A DNA stretch of 63,142 bases, the filler included, from Chiloscyllium plagiosum (lineage: Eukaryota): NCBI RefSeq assembly GCF_004010195.1. It is 4 parts of one record of this genome, joined end to end, with 100 filler letters (N's around TTAATTAATTAA, not from the genome) between each part and the next. Parts side by side here need not be neighbours in the genome. Positions count along the whole stretch, not along the records: positions 29,791 to 40,553 come from NC_057712.1; positions 40,654 to 50,322 come from NC_057712.1; 2 more parts are not named here. One strand, written 5' to 3'. A program made the position numbers and the translations under genes. A model generated the notes under the pieces. That model did not search any database. It was not told where the DNA came from and worked only from the letters and a program-made list of their open reading frames with translations. Shown here piece after piece: positions 37,233 to 47,054 of the stretch; the stretch's first letter is position 1, and each line of letters begins with the position of its first letter.

Positions 37233-37425
37233 GGAGAAAGTGTGGACTGCAGATGCTAGAGATCAGAGTTGAAAAGTGTGGTGCTGGAAAAGCACAGCCG
37301 GTCAGGCAGCATTCAAGAAGCAGGAGAGTCGATGTTTTGAGCATAAACTCATCATCAGGCGATGATGCTCCTGATGAAGAGCTTATGCTTGAAACGTCAA
37401 CTCTCCTGCCCCTTGAGGCCTTTTG
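37233..37425. mobile_element. Palindromic Penelope-derived insertion with 15-bp TSD
   Basis: TSD aggttggta(t/c)aatta at 37218-37232 and 37426-37440; head-to-head hammerhead-like cores. Confidence 0.82.
37371..37398 (+). ncRNA. Minimal type I hammerhead ribozyme motif
   Basis: CTGATGA-a-GAGC-ttat-GCTT-GAAA-cg-TC. Confidence 0.6.
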
Positions 37426-37541
37426 AGGTTGGTACAATTATAACATTTAAAAGGCATCTGCTTGTGTACATGAATAGGAAGGGTTTTAGAAGGATATGGG
37501 CCAAGTGCTAGCAAATGGGACAGGACTAATTTAGGATATCT

Positions 37542-37817
37542 AGGCAAAAGTGAGGACTGCAGATGCTGGCGATCAGAGTCGAGAGCCTGGTGCTGGAAAA
37601 GCACAGCAGGTCAGGCAGCATCTGAGGAGCAGGAGAGTCGACATTTCAGGCAAAAGCCCTTCATCAGGAGTATCATCATCCTGATGAAGGAGTTTTGCCC
37701 AAAAATCATCAGGAGCATTATCATTCCTGATGAAGGGCTTTTGTCCAAAACATTGATTCTCCTGCTCCTTGGATGGTGCCTGACCTTCTGTGCTTTTCTA
37801 GCACCACACTCTCGAAT
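37542..37817. mobile_element. Palindromic Penelope-derived insertion with perfect 16-bp TSD and a duplicated centre
   Basis: TSD ctaatttaggatatct at 37526-37541 and 37818-37833; tcatcaggag..at.atcat.cctgatgaagg occurs twice. Confidence 0.85.
37640..37667 (-). ncRNA. Minimal type I hammerhead ribozyme motif
   Basis: Minus strand CTGATGA-a-GGGC-tttt-GCCT-GAAA-tg-TC. Confidence 0.6.
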
Positions 37818-39209
37818 CTAATTTAGGATATCTGATTGGCATGGATGAATTGGACTGAAGGGTCTGTTTCCGTGCTGCACATCTCTATGACTCTATGCCT
37901 CTTTCCCTTTGGCAAGTCAGCTCTCATAATTATCGGATCCCAGCAGATCCCTGACTTGTTTCAAGTAGTCAAGGTCTCAGCAACATCACAGGACCTGCAG
38001 ATTACATGGCGTTTATAAACTTGAATGTGGCTTGACTGTCTGAGAGATTTGTGGGGGTGGGAACCCACTTTGGGGAAGTTACCGCCATCCTGCTTAGTGT
38101 CCTCTGGGAGGAGAATTAAAATTGTCCATTATGTTCAAAGTTTTAACAATCTGCAGTTAGAATTTAAGAATTTAAAGAATTTAAGACACTTTTAAATGTG
38201 TTTGTACTGAACTGTCCCAGGTAAACAGTATAAGGATAACAGGAAACCATTTGGCCCCTTATCCTTTACACTATCAAGTAGGTCATAGCTTAACTACATC
38301 AGAACTTCTTTCACATATTTTTGTTTCAGGTCAAACTGATATTCTTGCCAAATAAAAATATATTGATTTCAGCCTTAAAAGCCCTGATTATGTCCTAGCA
38401 TTACAACCTTTTAGGAAAGAGGAATTCCACATTTCCAGTTCCTTTTGTGTGATCGAGCAGTGTTTATAGATTTAAAATAGTTGGGCTCTAAGTTGAAAAG
38501 AGAAGATTGAGCTTTTACCAGAGGAAATAGTTTCTCTCTAGAATTTCTACCAAATCCTTTAATCATCTTTAAACTAAACCAATTCACCTCCTAATCTTTG
38601 AAACTCATGTGGATACAAGTGAAGTTTACACAATCTCTCTTCATAAAGTACTCCATTAATCTCGGGTTTGATTAGGTGAGTCTGCTTTGTTCTTACACTA
38701 AGGTTAATACATCCTTCCGGATGTACACTAAGCTTATAGTAATCAAGGATGCCCATCACTGATCACCATGTTGTGTTTGGTTTTTGAATGCTAACAACTG
38801 GCATCTTGTGATTGGAGTGAATTTACTGCCACTGGTTAAGTCTTAACAAATTAAACAATTTGTAGTTTATTGCATGATAGCAATCAGTTACAATTTATAT
38901 TAGTAAGTTAGACAATGCAACTAAGACTGTAAGGATAACTTTGGATATGGGTCTTCACTCCATAAGATGCTCATAAGTTGTGCTTTATCTCCACCCAAAC
39001 CTACCCAATATCATCAGATTGGGTTGATTTTAATGCAGTCTCCAACATTAAGCTTTTTGGAACCATGATCATATATGACAATATAGTGCAGTTGAATGCA
39101 GAGCAAAGCTGTCTCTGTACTGCTCCCAGCATTTTGAAGAGTGTTCATCTTTAAGCATGGGTGTTTTCAGCTCAGTGCTATGAGAGAGATATTTTAAAGC
39201 ATTGGATTA

Positions 39210-39550
39210 TGTTCATAGAATCCCTACAGTGTGGAAACAGGCCATTTGGCTCAACAAGTCCACACCGATCCTCCAAAGAGTAACCCATCCAGACCCATTC
39301 TCCTACTCTATGACCCTACATTTACCTCTGACTAATATACCTAACCTACACATCCCTGAACATGATGGGCAATTTAGCATTGCCAATTCATGGCTATATT
39401 TGGACTGTTTGAGGAAACCAGAGCACCTGGAAGAAACCCATGCAGACATGGGGAGAATGTGCAAACTCCACCCAGGCAGTTGCCCGGGTTTGGAATTGAA
39501 CCTGTGTCCCTGGTGCTGTGAGGCAGCAGTGCTAACCACTGAGCCACCAT
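39210..39550 (-). mobile_element. HE1-type V-SINE
   Basis: Same tRNA head, V-domain and tail as the other copies. Confidence 0.88.
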
Positions 39551-39570
39551 GTATCTAAAAGCTGTTTTCA

Positions 39571-39726
<156 letters not shown>

Positions 39727-40795
39727 CTAGAGACAGAAACAAGGATTGCTGATTACAGTTCAACTGCATCCATCTGCCTTTGGATCTGATACAATTTCAC
39801 CCCTCCAAATCCTGACAGTGCCATGTACACAGCAGGGCGGGGTGGCTCAACAAAACATTTCACTACTGATCTTGGGATCAGGTATTAGGGATAGTCAATG
39901 TGGGATTCTGCTGTGTCCCAGGACAATCAGACAAGGTCAAGTATGAGGAACTGACAGTATGGAATCCAGCTGTTTTCCAACACATTGAACAGAATTGAGT
40001 ATCAGGGACAAACTGTGTGGTATCCTCGTGAACCCCTGGATTTTAATAAAGTATCAGGGTCAGAAAGTATGGGATTTTGTTATGTTCCAGACCAATCCTC
40101 GAGTTTCAGTGCCTTACGTGTTAGTCAGAGATAAACTTCTCACATCACAGGTATGGCACCTCATCGGGGTTTCAGTTTCAATTGTGATCCTTTTAATTGG
40201 CACTTAGACAATAAACTGCAGTGGGTGATGGGAAGTATTTTGTATCTGGGAGACTTTTCCCCGACTGTCTGGCTGTAAATCAGAGATATTTGATAGTGTT
40301 GCAAAGAGAAAGGGGATGGGTGAAGGTAAGAGAGAGAGAATGAGTGGGACAATGGACAATGGGAGAGAGGCGGAATTAAGAATGAATGGCGTAGCAAGTG
40401 TGAATAAGAGACAGAGTAGGAGAGAGAGATGGAATGAGTTTGAGAGAAGGAGAATGAGTGGGAGAGAGAAAGGGAGAGATTAAATGGGAGAGGGTGAAAT
40501 ATGTGGGTGAGCGAGAGTGGGAAAGAATGAGAGTGTGTGCGTGAGAGTGAGCANNNNNNNNNNNNNNNNNNNNNNNNNNNNNNNNNNNNNNNNNNNNTTA
40601 ATTAATTAANNNNNNNNNNNNNNNNNNNNNNNNNNNNNNNNNNNNNNNNNNNNCCTGATGGTTCCAAACTCGATCCCTCTACCAATAAAAGCTAGCACAC
40701 TGTATGTCTCCTTAACAACCCTATCAACCTGGGTTGAAAAGTGTGGTGTCGGAAAAGCACAGCAGGCCAGCCAGCATCCGAGGAGCAGGAGAATC

Positions 40796-40823
40796 GATGT
40801 TTCGGGCATAAGCCCTTCATCAG
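40796..40823 (-). ncRNA. Minimal type I hammerhead ribozyme motif in a Penelope terminal-repeat fragment (about 40733-40823)
   Basis: Minus strand CTGATGA-a-GGGC-ttat-GCCC-GAAA-ca-TC. Confidence 0.65.
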
Positions 40824-40829
40824 AACAGG

Positions 40830-41585
40830 AAGGCAGATTACTACCTAAATGGAATCAATTTAGGTAAAGGGGCAGTACAAAGAGATCTGGGTGTTCTTGT
40901 ACACCAGTCAATGAAGGTAAGCATGCAGGTACAGCAAGTAGTGAAGAAGGCTAATAGCATGCTGGCCCTCATAACAAGAGGNNNNNNNNNNNNNNNNNNN
41001 NNNNNNNNNNNNNNNNNNNNNNNNNNNNNNNNNNNNNNNNNNNNNNNNNNNNNNNNNNNNNNNNNNNNNNNNNNNNNNNNNNNNNNNNNNGGAGTGCAGC
41101 GTACGTTCACGAGGTCAATTCCTGGAATGGCGGGACTACCTTATGCTGAAAGACTGGAGCAACTGGGCTTGTAAATGCTTGAGTTTAGAAGACTAAGAGG
41201 GGATCTGATTGAGACATATAAGATTATTAAAGGATTGGACATTCTGGAGGCAGGAAAATGTTTCCGCTGATGGGTGAGTGCCGAACCAGAGGACACAGCT
41301 TAAAAATACGGGGTACACCATTTAGGACAGAGATGAAGAGAAACCTCTTCACCCAGAGAGTGGTGGCTGTGTGGAATGCTCTGCCCCAGAGGGCAGTGGA
41401 GGCCCAGACTCTGGATTCATTTAAGAAAGAGTTGGATAGAGCTCTCAAGGATAGTGGAATCAAGGGTTATGGAGGTAAGGCAGGAACAGGATACTGATTA
41501 AGGATGATCAGCCATGATCATATTGAATGGTGGTGCAGGCTCGAAGGGCAGAATGGCCTACTCCTGCACCTATTGTCTATTGTCT
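40830..41585 (+). mobile_element. CR1 LINE 3' part, contains a 109-N gap
   Basis: MKVSMQVQQVVKKANSML..., ECRTRGHSLKIRG..FTQRVVAVWNALPQ; tail cctattgtctattgtct. Confidence 0.88.
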
Positions 41586-41627
41586 AATCTTTCCAAAGCA
41601 GAAAAGCAGTAAGACATTTGTACTCAC

Positions 41628-41753
41628 TGTGCCCCACCACAGAGCATCGGCGTAAGTGGCGAACTCTGTGTTTGAATCCTTCTCAACCAAGTAAACAAGG
41701 AAGGAGGAGAAGATCAGCACCAGGAAGCCAATGTACCAAGCAGTAATTAACTC
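41628..41753 (-). CDS. KCNQ5: KCNQ5-type exon, exon 5 equivalent, 126 bp; S5 and pore helix
   Basis: ggcag|GAG ... ACA|gtgag. Translates [55 protein letters not shown] fits KCNQ5 better than KCNQ2/3/4. Confidence 0.92.
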
Positions 41754-42114
41754 CTGCCAGGAGGGAACACAATAATACTAAGTCACAGCCCCCTGATCTC
41801 GCCAGAGCAAAAGCATGAAGAGCAATTGTGAAACAAACAGAGATCTTGGAAGGGGTCAGTCTGAGCACTCTATTGCTCAGAGCCTTCATCCTATCAGAGC
41901 ACTAACCACAGTGATCAATTTATATTGATGACTCTACAACAGATTGTGTGAACTAAGGAAAACCCCACTGACAAAAAGCTTTAGCAACCAGATGTCTAAA
42001 GTCATCTGTTCCTCTCAGGCATGCGACACTCACCATGTATAATGTCTATTAACTATTCCTTTAACTATTACTGAACATGTTACTTTCTGAGTGTAATCTA
42101 ACTTTATATGTGTA

Positions 42115-42530
42115 ATGATGTGGAAGTGCTGGTGTATGACTGGGATGGACAAAGTCAGAAGTCACATTACACCAGGTTATAGTTTATTTGAAATCACAAG
42201 CTCACGGAGCGCCCCTCCTTCATCAGGTGATGTGATTAATTAATTGGCTCATAGGCCATCCCTTCCCTTGCTATTCAGCTGTTTATTGACACCATTTGAC
42301 ACTTTTGACCACCTGCAAAGACTGGTTATTCAGCCTGTTGATACTCCTCTCCCATGATCTGTATTTATCTGTTGACACTCTTAATTACCTGGAATTATCT
42401 TGCCATTATCTTTATATTTTATGCCTGTGTGCTTCCTTCCACTTTACCTGACAAAGGAGCGGTGCTCAAGAAGCTTGTGATTTTAAATAAACCTATTGGA
42501 CTATAACCTGATGTCGTGTGACTTCAACAT
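42115..42530. mobile_element. Penelope-derived element (second family) with inverted terminal repeats and decayed hammerhead cores
   Basis: caccaggttatag..tttatttgaaatcacaagct..catcaggtg and the inverted copy cctgacaaaggagc..aagcttgtgattttaaataaacct..ctataacctg. Confidence 0.7.
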
Positions 42531-43007
42531 TTGTAATGGGTAACTACAAACTATTCCTTCATGTCCCTCATTCCATAGATTGATCATTCACTCACTGAAA
42601 TATTGTTTCGCCAGATTAATCTTGAATTTATTCATGTGAGGCACAGGCTTTGTCCACTGCTTCTGTTCTGCTGAAACAGGCTGTCACAGCCCACATTATC
42701 TAACCCCTTTTCAAATCCTCCAAACAGCAATCCCCCACTTTGAAATCTTCCACTTGGCCAACCTCACATTGAAGCAGCCCTGCACAAGTCTTCACCATCA
42801 GTTCTTCACTTAAAGTGACCTTTAAACCTGAACACTCCTCTAAACTTTGAACTGGTTGGTCGCAAGGGAGAGTGAAGGTAGTTCACAAGGGAAAATGGGT
42901 TAGTCAGATACAGGTGGTGGTCTCATCAGAGACTGAGAAACCCCTGCTACAAGATGAGATGGGCAGCAGTCGAAGAGTCTGTTGTGTAAAGTACCCAGTT
43001 CACCCAC

Positions 43008-43183
43008 CTTACTGTGTGCGTAAACCACAGACCCAAGCAGTTTCCAGGTGCCCCCTCGATGGTCCATTCTGACCATGCGAAGGATCTGTAAGAAGCGGAG
43101 ACTTCGGAGCGCCGATGTGGCAAATATATTCTGCTGGGTGCCAGCAGCGATGACTGCAATGGAGGCAATTAGGACGATGATGT
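43008..43183 (-). CDS. KCNQ5: KCNQ5-type (Kv7.5) K+ channel exon, exon 4 equivalent, 176 bp; S3-S4 and S4-S5 linker. Earlier exons not found in the window
   Basis: tatccag|AC ... AAG|gtgggt. Translates (D)[58 protein letters not shown]. Confidence 0.9.
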
Positions 43184-43560
43184 CTGGATAGAGAGATAAC
43201 AGAATGTCAGCAACCACAACTCTTCAGATTTCTCTTCAAATGTCTTCTTCTTCCCATCCCAAAATGCTGACACTTTCTCATCTCTCGCTCTGTACTCTCA
43301 ACCTAGACTTTCAAACACTGAAAGCAGTCTAACTCATCCTTTCCTACGTTTAAACATCTTGATCAAATCACCCCTTAGTTTTATCGGTTCAAGAAAAGCA
43401 GTTTGATGTTTTAAGATTTTCTTTGTGTTCCCTCAGATCTGACAATCTGCACTAGACATAGCTTGAACATCCATCCTATTGCCGTTGGCTCTAACGGTGG
43501 TTATGGCTTGTCAGAGATTCGCCATTACATTTTGACTTTTGCATTATATCCACTTTTTTT

Positions 43561-43870
43561 TAGATTAAATTAGTTACAGTGTGGAAACAGGCCCTTCGGC
43601 CCAACAAGTCCACTCCGACCCGCCGAAGCGCAACCCACCCAGACCCATTCCCCTACATTTACCCCTTCACTTAACACTACGGGCAATTTAGCATGGCCAA
43701 TTCACCTAACCTGCACATGTTTGGACTGTGGAAGGAAACCGGAGCACCCAGAGGAAACCCACGCAGACACGGGGAGAATGTGCAAACTCCACACAGTCAG
43801 TCGCCTGAGACGGGAATTGAACCCGGGTCTCTGGCGCTGTGAGGCAGAAGTGATAACCACTGTGCCGCCC
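43561..43870 (-). mobile_element. HE1-type V-SINE, young and near full length
   Basis: Minus strand gggcggcacagtggtt...cccgggttcaattcccg, V-domain, tail ctgtttccacactgtaactaatttaatct. Confidence 0.9.
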
Positions 43871-43887
43871 ACAAAAATATGTCGGTT

Positions 43888-43959
43888 CTCCCCAGCGTGG
43901 AATTGAACCCCGGTCACCTGTGTGACAGGCGGGGATACTAACCACTATACAACTGAAGA
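43888..43959 (-). pseudogene. tRNA-Asp(GTC) pseudogene, 72 nt, followed by a T5 Pol III terminator
   Basis: Minus strand reads TCTTCAGTTGTATAGTGGTTAGTATCCCCGCCTGTCACACAGGTGACCGGGGTTCAATTCCACGCTGGGGAG, colinear with vertebrate tRNA-Asp(GTC). Acceptor stem pairs; anticodon stem has two C.A mismatches and T stem one mismatch. Confidence 0.85.
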
Positions 43960-44964
43960 ACTCATGTATGGAGGCAAGACAGGAGAGCAGAGTTACCATA
44001 CAGATCAGCCGTGATTGCACTGAATTGTGGAACAGGCTTGATAGGCTGAATAACCTCGTGTTCCAATGCTGCCATCAAACTTAATATTCTTTATTGGTAA
44101 CCGAATATTCAGCTGCTAAGGTCCTAAACACTGGAATTGCCACCACGCCTCTCCACCTTGAAGTCCTGTTTCTGTGAATAAACATTTGACCAACTCTCCT
44201 GATATTTCTACCAGACAGTCATTCCAATTATATTGATTATGGATGTGTGAGGCTCCTCATCATGTTTCAGAGTCTAGCTCAGGAGCCTATACTTGGTATG
44301 TAAACTGGCAATTCAATATGAGGAATACTACCACAAGGGCTGAATTCACTTTGTTTGTTGACGCAACATTTTGTAACTGGAGTTACGGGTAGTGATTGGG
44401 ATGGATGCCTGATCAATCACCTTTCCTCACTGCTCAAGGGGGAGATCAGCCAATTCAGAAATTCAGAACAAGCCACTACAATCTGCTCCTTCATGAAACC
44501 AATCCATTGCAATTCCTCTGAATATGTCAAAATTTAACACCCAATTTCACCAGCTGGCAAAAGTTCTCGTTTCCATCACTTGAAGAAACCGTCTCATCGA
44601 TTTACAACTGCGGAATGAATCGGAGCTAACTAAATTCCCCGAGACAGTGATTAATTTTGTGTGAAATTCAAACTGATCTTTTAACTTGTCACATGGCGTG
44701 CCAGGGTTTCTGGAGCTTTATCAGCAGTTGTGTGAGGGAAGGAACGCCACCTGTAAGAGAATTTCACAGCAAAGCTGATTTATTGGTGAGAATCATCAGG
44801 TGCTGATATCAGGGAACTAGGAAAAAGGAAGAAAAGTTTGATGTGGAAAGTCTTTCCCTGCCCGCGCCTCCATTAACTTTGTGCATTGAACAGAATGGGA
44901 AATTTTCAAGTTTCATTGGCCACAGCCAGTAACAGCTGCAGCTCCATTTGTTGCCCACTGTCTT

Positions 44965-45255
44965 TGCATCAGATGGTTTTGAGATCAAGTCTCCCTCCAG
45001 GGCTTGAGCATGAAACTCCAAGGCAAGTGCTGCAGAGCAGTACCAAGGAAGGGCTGTGCTGTGTTGAGGGTGCTTTGTTTTGGAAGAGATGTCAAAGTGA
45101 AACCCATTCTGCCTACTGGGATGGATGTGAAATATTCAATTGTGACTGCCTTAATGAAGGGCAGGAGAGTTATCCTTGTCAATATTTATCCCTCAATCAA
45201 TATCATGCAAAGCAAATTAGCTGGTCATTATCACTTTACTATTTGCTGCAAATTT
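44965..45255 (+). mobile_element. Old Deu-domain SINE (SacSINE1-like)
   Basis: ctccag..cttgagca...ggatgtgaaa...caatatttatccctcaatcaatatca...tggtcattatcac resembles the SacSINE1/AmnSINE body; second copy at about 53150-53335. Confidence 0.6.
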
Positions 45256-45454
45256 ATATTGCAAGTGCCTTTCGATTATTATTTTGTGATGTTTTTCAAC
45301 GGCTGCTGGAGCCAATGGCTTTCTTGCCAAGGCCACTCAGTCTGGAGCTTGGAGCTGGAGAAGGAAGGCCTGAGAATGTTTGAAACCTTTTCGATAGTTT
45401 AAAGACTAGCAGAGAGTGAACAGGAACATGCCCAGATGAGTTGTCCAGTTAGAA

Positions 45455-45790
45455 GAATAGAACAGAATCCCTACAGTGTGGGAGCAGGCTGTTCGGCCCA
45501 TCAAGTCCGAAGAGCATCCCAGCCAGACCCAACCCACTAGCCTATCCCCGTAACCCTGCATTTCACATGGCTAACCCACCCTGCCTGGACACTATGGGCA
45601 ATTTAGCATGACCAATCCACCTAACCTACACATTTTTGAATTGTGGGAGAAAGCCAGAGCAACCAGAGGAAACCAACACAGACACGGAGAGAATGTGCAA
45701 ACTCCACACAGACAGTCACCTGAGGTTGGAATCGAACCTGGGTTTCCAGCACTATGAGATAGCAGTGCTAGCCACTGAGCCACCGTGCCA
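45455..45790 (-). mobile_element. HE1-type V-SINE
   Basis: Minus strand tggcacggtggctcagtggctagcactgct..caggttcgattcc, V-domain and tail. Confidence 0.88.
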
Positions 45791-46628
45791 TTCATCTTGA
45801 AAAGCAAGAGATAACAATAAACCAAATGGGTTGTAAAATCCACTTCACTCCTGCAGTACACAATCTCTTAGGTACTCTGATACTGATTTATATTTGCTAG
45901 CAGTTTCTCGTTCCTCTAAACAGATTTGAGGGGTTGCAAAGGGGGTGTGATGCTGATAAAGGGCATGAGAAAACTGGAGGGTTTGGGTGCAGGGTGATGG
46001 GGTGAAGCCAGAGGAGATTTCACAGGAAAGTAGAGGCAAGATCATGCATGAATTTAAACATGAAGATGAGAACTTAAAATTGGAGGTGTTAGTGGATTGG
46101 GAGACAATGTCAGTCAGCAAGAACAGATCAGTTGGCAAATGAGACTTCAATTGTGATAAAAAAAAAAGGTGACAGAATGGAGGTACTTTTCAGAAGGTGG
46201 AAAATGAAAGCCTGGTCTGGAGATCATTGGAATACATAAGACTTGGTGTGACATGGGAGTTGGAAGCTGACAGCCAAGTCTTAGAAAGAATATGGGATTG
46301 GTAGCTTGGTTGAGTCAAACAGGACACCAAGATATCTGACAATCTTGGCCAGTGGCCAAGGTGTACAATGAAGTCTATGGTTAGGGCACAGAGATTGCCA
46401 TGGTGGGGGTGGGGTTGGGGGTGATTTGAAGTAATGGCTTTGTTCTTTCTGGTTGATAATAATTGGAGAAATATCTTTGTTTTAAACAAGCTGGTGTAAT
46501 GACACAGGAAGAGCGGCAGGAGAGGAGGAGACGTCAGGAAAAATGAGACAGACTTGGGTGTCACCATTATGCATAGGAAGGCCACATTATGTTTTTGAAT
46601 CATGTCGGTAAAGGACAGTTGAGCTTTG

Positions 46629-47054
46629 TTGAGAGTGTGTTGCTGGAAAAGCACAGCAGGCCAGACAGCATCCGAGGAGCTGGAAAATCGTCGATTTTCC
46701 TGCTCCTCGGATGCTGCATGACCTGCTGTGCTTTTCCAGCAACATACTCTCAACTCTGAGTTCCAGCATCTGCAGACCTCACTGTGTCACAGTTGATTTC
46801 AGTCTGACTGCAAAGCCTCTTCCAAGGATGCCTACCTTGAAGAAGTTCTTCTTCTCTCTCTACAAAGATCTCAGTGAGTCCCTCTGTCACTGTACTCTCC
46901 ACTTCTTCTCTTCTCCTCTTCCTGTCATTCCTGATGAAGGGCTCCGGCCTGAAACATCGATTCTCCTGCTCCTCGGATGCCTCCTGGCCTGCTGTGCTTT
47001 TCCAGCAACACACTCTCAACTTTGATCTCCAGCATCTGCAGACCTTACTGTCTC
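46629..47054. mobile_element. Penelope-derived insertion with inverted plus tandem terminal repeats and 14-bp TSD
   Basis: TSD acagttgagctttg at 46615-46628 and 47055-47068; inverted repeat 46629-46752; direct repeat of the terminal repeat 46690-46790 and 46955-47054. Confidence 0.85.
46931..46958 (+). ncRNA. Minimal type I hammerhead ribozyme motif
   Basis: CTGATGA-a-GGGC-tccg-GCCT-GAAA-ca-TC. Confidence 0.65.

Larger units (their letters stand above)
36515..37895 (+). mobile_element. HER1-like CR1 LINE 3' part hosting two Penelope-derived insertions
   Basis: [34 protein letters not shown]; tail atctctatgactctatg. Confidence 0.9.

Noticed and set aside
40300..40553. Purine-rich GA tract before a gap
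   Set aside because: Ordinary low-complexity sequence at a contig end.
45314..45328. Minus-strand ARKP motif as candidate KCNQ5 exon 3
   Set aside because: Context is VALARKPLAPAA, not RLRFARKPFCVI; no CCCRY motif or fitting splice sites.
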